64,000 bases of DNA from Stylophora pistillata (Eukaryota), in contig NW_019217793.1 in assembly GCF_002571385.2 (NCBI RefSeq), positions 366,556 through 430,555 of the forward strand, in the 5' to 3' direction. Positions 12,801 to 22,998 of the stretch are shown in pieces; position 1 is the stretch's first letter; the number at the start of each line of letters is the position of its first letter. The notes under the pieces are model-generated. The model was given only the letters and a program-made list of their open reading frames with translations. It searched no databases and was not told the origin of the DNA. The translations under genes were made by a program, and so were the position numbers.

Positions 12801-14747
12801 TTTGTTGTAAGCATCAACTAACTTCGTCAGATGTGCAAGATCGTTTTTGAGAGACTCTATTTCGTCATCATTTCTGGCTTTTGTAGCTCGAAGCTCTTGC
12901 ACCTCACTATTTAGAACAGAATTCTCCCTCTTCTCATTGCTGAGTTCTTCGTCGAGTTTCACGATCTTGTTCTCCAGTATCGTTAGTTGTTGTTCTAACT
13001 CGTTTCGATGTTGCTCCATGATGTTGAGATTAGACTGTAAATTTGACATGTCTTTGTACACTTTTTGTAGCTCTTCGTTGATTCTATCTCTTTCTTCCGC
13101 CGTGATCTTGTAATTGGCCTCAGAATTTCCCAATCTCTTTTGAAGCTCCATGATTTCAGATCGAAGCTCGTCACTTTCACTTTCCAACAGGTGAATTCGT
13201 CTTTCCAGTTTTTCGGCTTCTTCACGGTAGTCATCAACTTTCGTCTCAAGAGAAGATACTCGAGACTTGAGCTCCTCGATGGTTTTGTCTCTTTTCTCTA
13301 TCTCTCCGTTTAGACGTTCGACGATGCGCCGGCTTTCAGACAACTCTTGCTGCACCACCATCAACTCCTTTTTCATCTGTGCTACTCTGGCCCTCTCAGT
13401 ATCAAGCTCCAATTTAAATCTGTCTTTCGCTTTGGTAACGCTTTCTAGTTGAACTTCTAGTCTTGATATCTTGTTGCGGTCTGCAGCCACCATACGCTCA
13501 AGCTCTGTCTTCTCTTCTTGGACGCGTCGCATTGAGTCGGTCGTGGTTACCATCTTGGAGTTTAGACTTTCTACAACCTTTCTGAGCTCGTCTCGTTCTT
13601 TGATAACAATTTCGTATCGTCCTTGAAGATCGTTTACCGACATGACAGACTCGTTTAGCCTTGACTGAAGATCGTCCATTTTGCTATAAAGTTGCCCGTC
13701 AACTTGGTCAGGTATTTTCTCTTTCCTTACCTCCAGTTCCGTCTGCAGCTCATCTACCCTCTTCCGCAGTTGCACCTCAACCGACTCCCATTCCTTTACG
13801 CGCTCCTGAAGCTTGCCTTGTGATGCCTCAAGACTGGAAAATTTACCAGTCATCAGAACAAGCTCCCGTTCGATGGCTGCCTTCTCGTCTTGTAGACTCT
13901 TCACTGCAACGTCATACTTTGTAATGGTCTTCTCGCGCGATGCAATCGTCTCCTGTAATGTCAGCATTTGCTGATTTTGAACATCTACCGTTGCTTGACA
14001 CTTCGACAACTCATTTTTCAGGGCCTCTAAACTCTCTTCGAGGGTGTTGTTCTGGTTTTGAAGAGTTTCTACCTTGTGGGTTTTCAAAATGGACTCTTCT
14101 TTGTACTTGTTAGCGTCATTCTGGTTTTGCAATACCTCACGCTGTAATCTGGAAATTGTCTCTTTGGCCTTTTTGAGTTCTTCGCCGAGATCGTTAAGCT
14201 GTTGCTTGAAAGACTCTCTTTGTTTAACAGCGGTCTGAACCTGCATCTCGTACCTACTGATTGTCAAATTGCCTGTCTTCCCCACCATTTCCGATTGTCT
14301 GCGGTATCTATCGCAATCAGCCTGCAGTTGGGTAAACTTCGATTGCAGCGTGGACAGCTCGTTCTGCAGCATCTCTCTCTCGTCCGTAGCATTCTTACAT
14401 TCGACTTCCAGTTGAGAGATCGTTTCCTGCAGGAAAGACACCTCCATGTCGGGCGATGATTCCAGAACCTGCACCTGGGACCCTTGACTTATCATCTGGT
14501 CACGTAGCATTGCGAGCTCTTTCTCGATCACGTCCTTCTCACTTCGCAACTTCTCCATGGCGTCAGTTTTGGTGTTAAACTCGCGACGTTGGGACTCCAA
14601 TTCCCATTCCCTTTGACGCAGCTTGCGTTGCATGATGGACAGTTCTTCATGCTGTTTGTTGTATTTCGATTTGAATTCGAGCAGTTGCTCTTGGAGCTGA
14701 TGGTTTTGTCGATTGAGGTTTTCGAACTTCGAATTCCATCGTTCCGT
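3834..14747 (-). CDS. Gene A giant coding exon (10,914 nt)
   Basis: Uninterrupted reading frame from the acceptor at 14747 (TERWNSKFENLNRQ...) to TAA at 3834. Confidence 0.93.
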   Translation of the reverse strand, partial: TERWNSKFENLNRQNHQLQEQLLEFKSKYNKQHEELSIMQRKLRQREWELESQRREFNTKTDAMEKLRSEKDVIEKELAMLRDQMISQGSQVQVLESSPDMEVSFLQETISQLEVECKNATDEREMLQNELSTLQSKFTQLQADCDRYRRQSEMVGKTGNLTISRYEMQVQTAVKQRESFKQQLNDLGEELKKAKETISRLQREVLQNQNDANKYKEESILKTHKVETLQNQNNTLEESLEALKNELSKCQATVDVQNQQMLTLQETIASREKTITKYDVAVKSLQDEKAAIERELVLMTGKFSSLEASQGKLQERVKEWESVEVQLRKRVDELQTELEVRKEKIPDQVDGQLYSKMDDLQSRLNESVMSVNDLQGRYEIVIKERDELRKVVESLNSKMVTTTDSMRRVQEEKTELERMVAADRNKISRLEVQLESVTKAKDRFKLELDTERARVAQMKKELMVVQQELSESRRIVERLNGEIEKRDKTIEELKSRVSSLETKVDDYREEAEKLERRIHLLESESDELRSEIMELQKRLGNSEANYKITAEERDRINEELQKVYKDMSNLQSNLNIMEQHRNELEQQLTILENKIVKLDEELSNEKRENSVLNSEVQELRATKARNDDEIESLKNDLAHLTKLVDAYNKEISDRDYRIERLRTELASLAAGKDEILTEANRHKAENDTFKDEIKRLQKELDAAKEEISRLSSLYDSETQSKQLLQTDFEVIQSKVSNLESTYMQFEELGKDSGALLEDEKAKNAELEKKIRELTDKVRSSENQLDNRQREIDKLENDMDVAEEKMLTLNIEIEKITEEKNKDYQKLLATESKLKEVEKDLDAARDEKDRAEKELYILQNKVSKHETQLETRRRQIAQLREQLDAANKKILEGQERFIQIESKSVQHEKFGETLNTIIGKKDKTIDELNNKIRQLQDELERTKRQLNKNTATSDIHRTEKQELLKRIADLQARLDEMELETRKLKENRQELSREFSSKDHTITLLETQLTSVTKERDHYKADGDNVRDEHRKVKEELLSVRNDLVEKDRLVNSHVKEIQEKSSLVETLNNSKKNLTDELADLKRELETTRISSQERIRDLQGQVQQANVNISKLEVTITTLGRNGELDEKERKNYDDKIFEVENLFKTTQGREADLRSEVEVCNTKILKIETDFKNSQKRVFDLEHETSQLQRTVNELKKMRERIDREKSDLKEELVSANTRVSELELKSEYDDKEITSLKKQLEGALQRSSGVSREDYLKQEQQLVELKLMAETAQDRMNEKENLIRQLESARNYLEDQLESVKGILKATEEDFEKLKDEVSNLQAENIELNKDINELHGDVRKLTLEKERLQSDFDNQLKKFASLEEQLAQVTRSDEANKEKIAELRESLNESREENMIQQKTVSELQSKYDYLEKDMEDKNKLIKQLRDIKKTLEVEIDELRKALRALQNDHNVVLRDKGDVENNYKLIHEKTTLMEETFETSKGEVRRLTAEVDDLQRRLVDAESEISAYKEKERDLLDKVKNYHAQLSKLESTNEIQSERIMVLEQDVTSLKEEITDLVNDRDRSVRELMVVTKEMEEKTKEISRLKKDLDVANKERAAMEVQLEEHVTIVSQNETQLLNAERQLQEWVTRGDNTDAQPKDSIKSERDSLQKEVHILRQEIATNKTTLDKTQRRKDDLEKENFSLRKQMTELEMKIKALDHENEDLNRELIKDQKRISVLEGDIHRFNVDKNSLLGELEKVRGVLDKQRNENATLQREISELRVTVDNFDKTIEDKNKQLEWYQSTTKNLEQEVTNLKRKIATFREDYDKAQNEVTVLTLKVQELESKIDSLQHSLDLSDNEKNKLKQEKTTLLTTFNEYKTNLANNRREVDRLQSDILSLNRKLTSLEARNKTVEDEKDRLKKEIMDLKNENSELRARLNALQSDRDRLQTDVTLINKKYVNIQTTQLDKRDKKPTDAATLKRLKDLEESYQRVLNEKEDAERRYLDGRRKISKLELEQGDSSRIIQSLEHELSLKIKRISDLEDSLSELHGRDVVDEGDYKTLRKKLVTSEQELQSSKNKVFRLEAYKTSLEEKFKDLQEDLLASQQKTAQAETMLQASQDQLSAQQKELLEALKKMADWESAYKSANNAKIELQRIVKTLESKIISLEEEQQNQMKENAQLKGSLDQIKARNDTLREDINNLQKKLIQQQNYYEEQIRKLVEYKAIINRLQEENEYLEVERAESKEEIDRVRTELEKTIMEQRDTKFELQKLQIQYTEVEGNVRILRDENERLKMDLASLQKLYDELKISREETIAVQSVSTVEAAPDMFSLDMSAEYETIRIERDTLKRENNVLRDKVSGLENSLEEVKQERRKLQDKVLELQKLLAEKTQEIQNLTAENKKVTVELQALNRRFEDLQKDQLEWGEERDVLIKEVESMQRKLHDLVLESQKENVTEVSSEQIFSNMEADVKKLQEREAQLQLELLAALKKVSTMEHELETERERNSGLQGSNRVLEEKVITLKREVVEYQTRISKVELDYEHLQDENKELLNKLAELEVQLESEKDSSKLSQQGKSDLENEIISLRTKVKKLQVQIEEDRKIQENLRAQLADYKNMGDSQSRDFGERVNELRIEIETFRKEIVDKERVIKEMQSKYSDLEDEIHKVRRDLQNKHLEWEDYIKDLDESNQQKADMEIEISTLRGQIRNFEILLEEHEKDKNELKHNINEIVSKGTNESNDLKNQVKDAQKQVEICKREIIEKETVIRDLKDRMSQTEHKLHLTKTKLETKENDCDDYCKDLEDTKKEKADMEVELLALRNKTSKLTIQIDTERAEKSHLQTQLIEAKTRGDKESTGHPKFVTELQTKLDNAKREISIKEDEIEHLKYELEVTRRDLLSKDGEFKISIEKLEQINKEKAELTVEIMSLREKVIILEGDVQKEKVAREGVERQLMDSTAKGETDAKFMSEQVTEIQTRVESYKKEILEKETILEKFRFQTKSYEQEVDRLKRDLLSKKNESERHMHDIDQLKHEKSEQLVEINSLRSTINKLEIHITELRKEKEVVVAHVDDLRSKGENEASVMHEQIIEIQTRIEEYKTEIIEKETVIEKLRIQISNNDGELDRLRRDLDTKEVECEGYICEIEKLNQEKYDLDAQLSTIRGKFDVLVKQMDEARADKNLTESETNVLLIKITEIESKIEVYKTEVIEKETLIERLRTLNSTNEQELEKLKREVNNKQVECDGYIREIEILNQKLAEIDIELNHRNSRVLKLEGFLEDEKKDKEIQIRSVKTTFETDITSLQREFEAKILECNGYIKEIEELNQEIFRLKGLPRPEREVEPHYTTSYIMPPKGVTVTREVVVPQESIQSSSSAFGHTEFMVDVKEKTRPVEISNYEMSPKRMVKVRSPFETRTRDTTDSSEQSSSTVMTKITRIQRSVSPSHGVHLDPGAGDPSITLVSNNGETNFTPPSSPTKIQHLESSISPKVNVFLEHTKASSQPTTLNVADTRSHTFTSTSKSVMTKITQLQTSSMSTSTSSSPSLSPFRVQSPRNVIETTEERASNETVISQVETSHGSASPIRVKVEAEEKLQFEPVQLHVERKPLQSSSSRFQTVGTHLSTEEFKEQRMEFTRSGNSSKSGGRHKGTSKTSEL

Positions 14748-17700
14748 CTGAAAACAAGTGAAATAAAAACTGCAATGTGAACAGAACTGAAATATACCTG
14801 GATGAAAGTAAGATAAGCAGACTTAAATGTAATCTGCTCGCCTTACATTTATTGCAATAGTAACTGTTTTTCTTTTAGCCTCAAACCCATATTAGTTGGC
14901 GGCATGTATATTTTGCTGCAAAAAAAGGCGTTCTCGGGTTATCTCATCGTCTTATTTCAGCTGATGTGAGTGCTTGTGAGGAGCATTGAAGCCAAAAGCC
15001 ATCCTCTAAAAGCATGTAGTTAAACTCAACTGCGAAACCCACAAGCTGACCGTAGAATCCGAACACACCCTCCTCATACCCCTGTAGACACCCACTGTCT
15101 CTATGGTAACGAGAGATTAATCAGTGACCCACCGTGAAGATAAGGGACGTTTGTATATTAGACATATCGTACAATAAAGAAGCTACGTGGAGGAAATAGA
15201 CGTAACATTTCAATAGTTTAAAATGTCACTTGTAGCATTATTCACCTTTAATTTTAATTTAGTGTTAAAAAATTGCGATTAAACATTTCGTAAAGGCATA
15301 TTAAAAATTTGTTGACGACGTTTGACGTTTGGCTAACGTCATTATCAAGTCAGAGAGTGAAAAATAACTGTTTAAATACTAAAAAGACAATGGGAAATGG
15401 AATGTTCTTTTAAACAAAGAGTTTTGCGCGAATGGAATCAGTGTGCGTGTTGAGACTAGGATTGCGTTGCTTGATGAAAAGTATCTCGTAGACAAGTCAG
15501 TCAAATTTTCCTTGGCATTTTTTTGGAATGCGGAATTGTTTTTTTTTTTAGGAGGCTGGTAACCCCATAGGCTGTCGAAAAGTGTTTTAACCGATCGCAG
15601 AGTTTTAATGTCCAGCAATACGTTCATGGAGGTGTCGAGCTGTAAAGCCGACATAATCTGAATCACACAGAGCACATGTAACAGATTAAACAACGTATTG
15701 TTGATTTACGATTGTAGGCTTTATTTCTCTTGGCTCGAGGTCTTGTTCCGATTTTCTGCTAATAAACATGGGTTGTAGTGTAGTGCCAATTTTGTGATTT
15801 AGACTACGGATTTGCCTTTTAATTGCTTTAAAAAAATTATTTTAAAAATTTTTGATTACATTAAAAAAAATATTGAAAAAATTTTTAATGTAGTCATAAG
15901 GTAAATGCGCGATCCCAGTCACAAGAATGGCACCACAATACAACCCGTGTTTATCGGCAGAAAATTGGAACAAGACCTCAAGATCGATAAACACTTTTCG
16001 ACAGCCTATGGGGATACAAGCCTCCTCAAAGAAAACCAATTCCACATTCTAAAAAGGTGCCAGGAAAAATTTGTCTGTCTTGTCTACGAGATGCTTTTCA
16101 TCAAGCAGCGCAATCCTAGTCTCAACACGCACGCTGATGCCATTCGCGCAAAACTCTTTGTTTAAAAGAACATTCCATTACCTATTGTCTTATTAGTATT
16201 TAAAAATTTGTTATTTTTCTCTCTCTGACTTGATAATAACGTTAGCCAAACGTCAAAACGTTGTCAAAAAATTCTAAAATGCTTTTACGAAATGTTTCAT
16301 CGCAATTACTATCGTTAAAAATGTTTTAAAAAAACCGCTTCTTTTTCGAAATTTTAATTTGCTTAATGATTTCTTGTCTGGTCACGTCTGAATTTATTTA
16401 TTTAAATACCTTACCATACATCTTTAAGAAAATAAGAAAATGCTAAGAACGTTTTCGGATGCAAATGGTAAAAAAAAAAAAATGTGGTGACTGCGAGTTG
16501 CGTTACGCAAGTTTCTGTTTTCCGGTGATATTCCGTCAAATTCCCCCGTTTGAACCTTGAGTCCTTTGATATATGAGACGAGTAGTGGGAGTGTGTGAGA
16601 GTAGAGAGGGAGAGAGTTCAATAAAGAAATGTGACAGCTAGGCTTCATGCTGTGCTATTAAAACTGTCAAGATCAAGAAATTGTGAGTTTCTTTGTTGGC
16701 GAAAACCGATTCTCGACAAAAAAAAAACTAGAACCTTCAGCCTCAGCTTTAACATTAGAAGTTATTACTTGAAAAAAAGAACTACTCGGTATCGAGGAAA
16801 GTTCTGCTTTGGGTTTTCTTTGCACTTAAATCAAAGAATCTCACGAAATCAATTAAACATCAATATTTGCATACTTCTCACGTCAATTTTGGACAGCTTT
16901 TAATATCCAAGGAAGAAAACCCTCCCTTGCAACAATTTACAATTGTTACAGTATCACTTTTTTGGGAATGTAGTATACTCATAGAAGCCACAAGCATAAC
17001 TTTCCACTCGTTATTTCAAAAGGAATGAGTCACCTTTGCTCATTATGAGGGAACATTTGCAGTTGAAAAAAAAAAAAGAAAAAAAAAAAACACAGGTTGA
17101 CATCTTCATCACCTGCTGAGTGAACAACGGGACGACTTAATCAAAGGGCAGCTAAATTGTTCCAACGAAGCAAATCGAAAGCGTTTTCTCAGTTTTGTTC
17201 AATATAGTGAATTAGCGGTATGCTATCACTGACACAGCTTAGCAACTAATTATGCTAATTAATACAGAACTAATTCTTCCTTACAGTTGTTATTGATACG
17301 TGATTTAAAAAAAGGAGCCAGGTATGGATTAACCTCCAATGAGCAGATGTTTCCTCGAAATCTTGGAATGTTTCCGTTAACAAGAACAATTTAGCATAAC
17401 CTTCCCACGCAAAATGTCACTCTAATCCTTTGTGGATTAACTTCCTTTAAACGTCAAAAGGGCGTTCGAGTAACCTATTGTTTACAATTAGATTAACCTG
17501 GTTGAATTTGCAGCGATCAAAGACATCAGTTCATGCTTTAACAGGTAACATTTCCCCGTGTTAAACATCTATACGTCTCAGTTTAATTTCCTTAACTGTA
17601 CAGGAACATCTGCGTACAGTTATAAGCTGTGATATTTTTTATATTAATATCTTAACGTAAGTGATGCTTCTTGTTATTCAACTCACACTTTGAGGTTAAA

Positions 17701-19123
17701 ATTAGGCTCAACATTGGAAAGAGATTGAATGTAATCACGCCTTCAAAGCATTCTTGCGTAACATTATGACATCGATAGTTTGGAAAATTCGCGAAGCGCT
17801 TTGATCGAAAGAGTTCATTAAAGATACCTGTTACGTAAACTTAGCAGAAAATTTTTGAAAATCAAACTTCACCAAAACACATTTCAGCAGGAAGCCACTT
17901 AAAATAGGGTCAATGTATGGGATCGAAGTCGACCACTGTTAGACAATTGTTGGATGTCTTGTGATCATGATCATCGCTTCTTTTCACGGATATTCTGAAC
18001 TGATCATTTATTCTATACATTACAACAGAATAATTCTTTAAAGCGTGCAGTTTAAAATTTTTTCTCTGTACCCTAGCGTAAGTGATATTAGCGTTAACTG
18101 AAATGGATCTTTGTAAACTTCGTATTGACTCAGCGGGTTCCCTTGTTTCTTGCTCGTGTAAAACTCAAATATAAGTCAAGTTTGAAATTAAAGAGGAGAG
18201 AGTCCAGAAATATTCTTTTCGTAGGTCGCAATACTGCTTCTAGAATTCCAAATTTGTTTAAATAGTTCAATTAACACCTAATTATTAGTTCAATATCTTT
18301 TTATATGATATTGTAAATGTTCCATTTCAAGGAATACCTACAGAGATCTGTATATTAGTCTGGCGAAATTTTAGTACCGTAAATAATTTATAAAGTTGTT
18401 TTACTCGAAAGCCGAAATCTGGCAAGCATAATAATTTGGGTCAAAAGAATACGTGATTTAAATTCTGTACTGAAGAGGGGGCTTTAATAGTCTTAAAATA
18501 ATTTAAGGAAACTGTAAATCCCTTATAAAGTTTAGCAGGAGTAAAGTAAACATTCGAGTGACAGACACGATCAGTTACTCGTAACGAATTTTCTTGTCAA
18601 TGTTGAGCAACTTTGAATTATCGTGCCTTCTTCGTTGTCAGAAGGTGATAAAGAATTTAAAATGACCTTCCTTTATGAGTAACGAATGATGTGAAGTTAA
18701 ATAAAAACTTTATGGAATTAGTTTACGTGCGATATACTAATGAAAGTTACACCGTTCTAGCATGACCACTTCAAAAAGGTTTGACAAGAGCGGTTTTGGG
18801 GCTTGATATCAAAGGTTAACCAAAGGAAAATAGCAATGATTTACCTCGTTACGCCGCTCGGTTTTCATGATATCCACTTGAAGTAAGAGTTTTCTGTAGG
18901 CGGCCTCAAGCGCAGTGAAGGTATCTTTCGCTTCGTCGTAATGTTGCAGAGCCACATCATCGTTGTCGAAGAATCCACGCGAAATTTTCGAAACTCGTGT
19001 GTAGGAATACACATCATCTCCGAACTTGGTTTTACTCGTAGTTTCGGTACTGTCACTCTTGTAAGTTTCTGTCTGCTCTGTTGAGCCAGACGGGCTCGAG
19101 AGAGTATTTTTCTTCGTGCTCAT
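3834..19123 (-). CDS. Giant coiled-coil protein A, 3730 aa; CDS complement(join(3834..14747,18845..19123))
   Basis: The 3599-aa ORF extends upstream in frame to an acceptor (ttgttttcag|ACGGAA) at 14747. The upstream exon starts at ATG 19123 (MSTKKNTL...) and ends ...KTERRNE|gtaaat at 18845; both ends are phase 0. The protein is E/K/L/Q-rich heptad sequence throughout, with an S/T-rich head and a ~320-aa S/T/P-rich tail. No catalytic domain was recognised. Colinearity with gene B across the splice junction supports the join. Confidence 0.85.
15271..16307. mobile_element. Penelope-like retroelement remnants, two 3' ends in inverted orientation
   Basis: The minus copy encodes a degenerate GIY-YIG region (VNQQYVV*SVTCALCDSDYVGFTARHLHERIAGH...NTHTDSIRAKLFV). 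The plus copy encodes ...LVYEMLFIKQRNPSLNTHADAIRAKLFV. The terminal ~100 bp (15271-15368 and 16210-16307) are inverted copies. Confidence 0.85.
18845..19123 (-). CDS. Gene A first coding exon (93 aa)
   Basis: ATG at 19123 (the track start at 19129 is a TTG) and GT donor after ...RRNE. Its C-terminal half (DDVALQHYDEAKDTFTALEAAYRK) aligns with gene B exon 1 (GDITMQHISEAKGYLNEFEQMYRK). Confidence 0.8.
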
Positions 19124-22100
19124 GTTCAATGGACGTCGCTTAGCCGTCGGGTACAGTAGATGGTAGTGTTACTAGCTGCCAGTCATGGAGGCATACAACA
19201 GATCAAGCCTGCAATCGATGAAAGTGGTATTAAACTTCAACCTCTTGCCTAATTTATGTCAGAAACAATATTACCAAGCACGAAAATTTTATGCAAATGC
19301 ATATTGTCGGTTCTCTCAGCAAAAAGCACTGTCAAACATTTACCAATATGCAAATAGCTACGCCAGTGTTCGCTTCACTGATTTTGTTGGGTGTGTGAGT
19401 GTCTGCTAGAAGACCACAAACATGTTTAAAAACTGGAAATATCTGCTGCGGTAATGGAAACTTTTTTGCTACTGAACTACATACTGACAAAATTAAACAA
19501 CCTTTGTACTCTTTAGCCTTTACTTGAGGCAGAAAGGATGAGTCAGACGGTCGAGTGTCAAACAGTCGAAGAGACATACTTTTCAGCCAATATTTATCAG
19601 TCCGAACAGGAATCAAATATCACAAAAACAAACTTTATAATCTTTTATCTGAAGAATGCTACATGGCTGAGCTGCTTGTTCGAAGGTAGCTGTCAAGCGC
19701 ACTTAATGACTAGAACGAGCTTGATCAGATAGAACGATTGATCTTGCTGCATGAATCTGACCGCAGAGTGCATTGTTTTTGGTGAATTTGTCACCTAATA
19801 GCTTGATACAGAGATCTAGTAAACTTAACTTCATACCAAATTGTGTTCAGAGATCAGAGCTGAATCAAGAAAGCGGAAATAGGAAGAATTTCTCAGAAGG
19901 AAAAGCAAAATTTGGAAGGAAATACAAATTGTTCGCGTCCAAACACACTCAAGCATGTAACAGGAAAACACCGCCCCTTCTAGTACATTGGAGAAGGAAA
20001 CAGGCCAAGGAGGTTTAAACAAGCTTAGTAAGCTTTTTTTATTGATACGGCGCCAGTTTGAATTCTGTGGTTGATAATTGAGCCACGTGTTTACATAGAG
20101 GTGTTCATCAAAGTTTCCTACGCGTCCTTCTCAACAATCGTTATAGCTTCATTCAGGTTAAAATCACCTCGGGTCAAACGCCCAAGTTTCCTTTTTTTTC
20201 ATTCCCGTTAAAAGGAACTAAAAGAAAAGACCTCACTCTTGAGCAATACAAAAAAACACGAGTTGTTTCTGCTCCTGGATACTAAGAATAAAATCGGCAG
20301 AGACACTTTGAAAAAGATATTGTACCCTGTTCCATTTCACGCGAGGAAGTTATGGAAGGAAACGTGATATTGGTGTTTGATACTTATTTGGAAAGGTGGT
20401 CTTGAAGCTCAGGTCGTTTAAAATTCTGTTGGTTTTATTACCTTAGTGAGCGAGATACTCAAATGTTTAGCTTTATTAAATATGAAACGACACTATTAAA
20501 TTGCAGAGATTTGTGAAAGACGCTGACAGACTAACTTGGAAACACGTATTCCAGAAAATTCAATTTTGTTCTACATAGATTATTAGTTTCCTTTGTAAAT
20601 TCGTCGAAGACATTGTGGAAATAAAATAGCATTTATGGATTAATTACCTTATAAATTTAGTGAGCTAACATTTACACAGAGGAGGTCTTAGACAACTTTA
20701 AAATGCAAGAATCGTTGTGATATTAGTACACTGCAAAATTGATCATTGTTGAAACTTGCACTCAAGTTTTTCGAAGTTAAAAAACACGAAGTCGACGAGA
20801 TATTTTTAAATAATTAAACTTACCCCACATTATGAGGCCAACATCTGTGCACTTAAAATCTACATGGATAGGTTAGCGGTTTTGGAATTGGCTTCCGTGA
20901 CACAGATAGCGGTTGAGAAGAAACATGTATATCTGCCTTTAAATGTTCTTGGAAAATATATCCCTTTTCTTGAGTAAAAAGGAAAAAATTTTAGAGCCGA
21001 TATCTCTGACCTTATTAGTACTTTTCGACGAGCTGTCACGGTTCGAAAAGTCATTAAAAATTCAGATATTTCGTGATGTGATCCCATCACACCACTAGAT
21101 ATTTATGAAAGTTTAGAGATCTCTTTTCGAATTATTTCCACAGGGAGTCGAAATCTGCAGGACGTCGGTCTTTGATTTTTTATTTTTCATGTTTATCTCA
21201 CGTTCTATGTGACATAACCGTGTTAATCCTCCCAATATATTGTTCATTAGATGATGGTAATTATACAATATCATGACAAAAGCGTCTTTAGCGGCCCTAA
21301 GCTTGTAACAACAAGAACCATGATTAAACAAAACTCTTAAATGGTTCGAGCAAAACCCTAATTCGTAATTAAAATGCTCCCCTTCAATGCTAATAAAACT
21401 TTCAACTAAAAAGATCAGGAAATAAATTTAAAACACGATGCAGGTCCAAACCATTTGAGTAAATCTCGACTTTTGTCACGAACCGTTGGAGTGAATCCTA
21501 GTTCATTATCAATCATCGCCCGATAAGCAATCCTGAAAAATCTGGTCAAACTTAACAATTGCACAATTTTTTCTCTGTTCACAGAATAGGGTGTTCGACT
21601 TCCTCGTGGCGTTTATCGCAAAGCGTCATCATAACTTCAACTGTTTACGTTGGCCAGTGGGATCATGAAACAAATGTAGATGACTCGAAAACAAAATTTT
21701 TCCATCGTACCGTGTACTTACGTTGATAAGTATCGGCATCCGTTTCCTTGTTAAAAAAGAAGTAACAAACTCTTGTCTGGTGATATAGCGACCTTGGCAG
21801 CAATCTTACCCCACAGGAAATGCGGGGGAATCATGTGATTTCCATTTAAATTACGCGTCAAATAAATTAAAATAAATCATCTCTTCCCTTTACTAGTAGA
21901 TTTGAAGTGTAACCCGAACGCAAACTTCAGAAAAAACAGACTTAGCCAAGACAAAACTCACAAAGAGAGGAAAGGTAGGTTTTGTGAAGTTTTCTCACGC
22001 GCGTAAATCCAAAAGAAAAGGTTAGTTCTAAAAATTTCCCACGGCCTTAGAAGTCTGCAAGCCATATTTGCATGGCAATTTACGGCTGTAAACAATAAAA

Positions 22101-22722
22101 GGTCACTGGGGTGTGCGATGAACGTGTGTTCGAGACAACACTTGAGCGATGAAATTCTAACGTAGAGTAAAATTTTTTCACACAATTTTAAGGCTAAAGT
22201 ACACGAAAAGATATTCTCAGGCCCTAGCTGCAAATAAAGGACTTCACATCAAGGACACTTAAGTGATTCTTGATGATGGTTTTGCGTAATATTAGGAAAG
22301 CAGTGCTTATTGTCAGCATTTCACGGTTGAAAAGTTACGGACGTCTGATCATACCACTTCTTATAAACATAAAGTACATATCGTGCAGGGGCGTCTAAGG
22401 GTTGTGCTCAAGTCTGGCTGCACGAACACGTTAAACGAACGAATCGAGACAAGGAAGTAAAAAATAGCGGCTAGAATTAGCTCAACGTACCTTACAGTAG
22501 GCTTTACGCGCAAGGAGGCCAGAAGTTTCGTTTGCCCAATATTCGAACGCGCTCTGTTCATGAATAGAGGCTTCAGTAATATCTTGAGAAATGGCATGAC
22601 CCCATTGTGCGTGTAAACAATTCCAATACAATTCGGCGAACCAGTTATATTCCATTAACTCCGCGTCCTGCCCAAATATAATAGGAAAGTTCTTGGTTAA
22701 TGACAATTGGCTGCCTTTAATT

Positions 22723-22969
22723 TGACGTCAAAGCCCCAGTACTAGGCGTGTTGACAAGAGGCTTATAAAGAATGCAAACGCCTTTTTGACCACAAAACAA
22801 CGCCAGACTGCACCGATTAAAGTACAGTGGCTGAGACAGGGAAAGCTCAGTAGCGACTCAAGGGTGTTGAACGTAAGTTTGCATCCTCCCTAAGGGCTGG
22901 TTTACCTCAGGAAAAAGAGTGCTACCCGAAAGAATTGCTGATATAAGATTATCTTTGAAATTGTAACAG
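22723..22969 (+). promoter_or_regulatory. Candidate core promoter and 5'UTR intron of gene B
   Basis: Perfect CRE TGACGTCA at 22723-22730 and TATAAA at 22764-22769. A GTAAGT donor at 22873 and an aacag acceptor at 22969 lie just before ATG 22999. Motif-only evidence. Confidence 0.4.
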
Positions 22970-22998
22970 GATTTCAGAAGCCTGTCCCTACTGTAATT

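Noticed and set aside
4219-14780. Numerous + strand ORFs overlapping gene A (and - strand ORFs over gene B and the LRR genes)
   Set aside because: S/F/L-rich antisense shadows of E/K-rich codons, with no independent coding signal.
18880-18900. 'AYRKLLL' in gene A exon 1 resembling the intermediate filament YRKLLEGEE signature
   Set aside because: It lies at the rod start rather than the end, lacks EGEE, and B has YRKHRAE at the same position.
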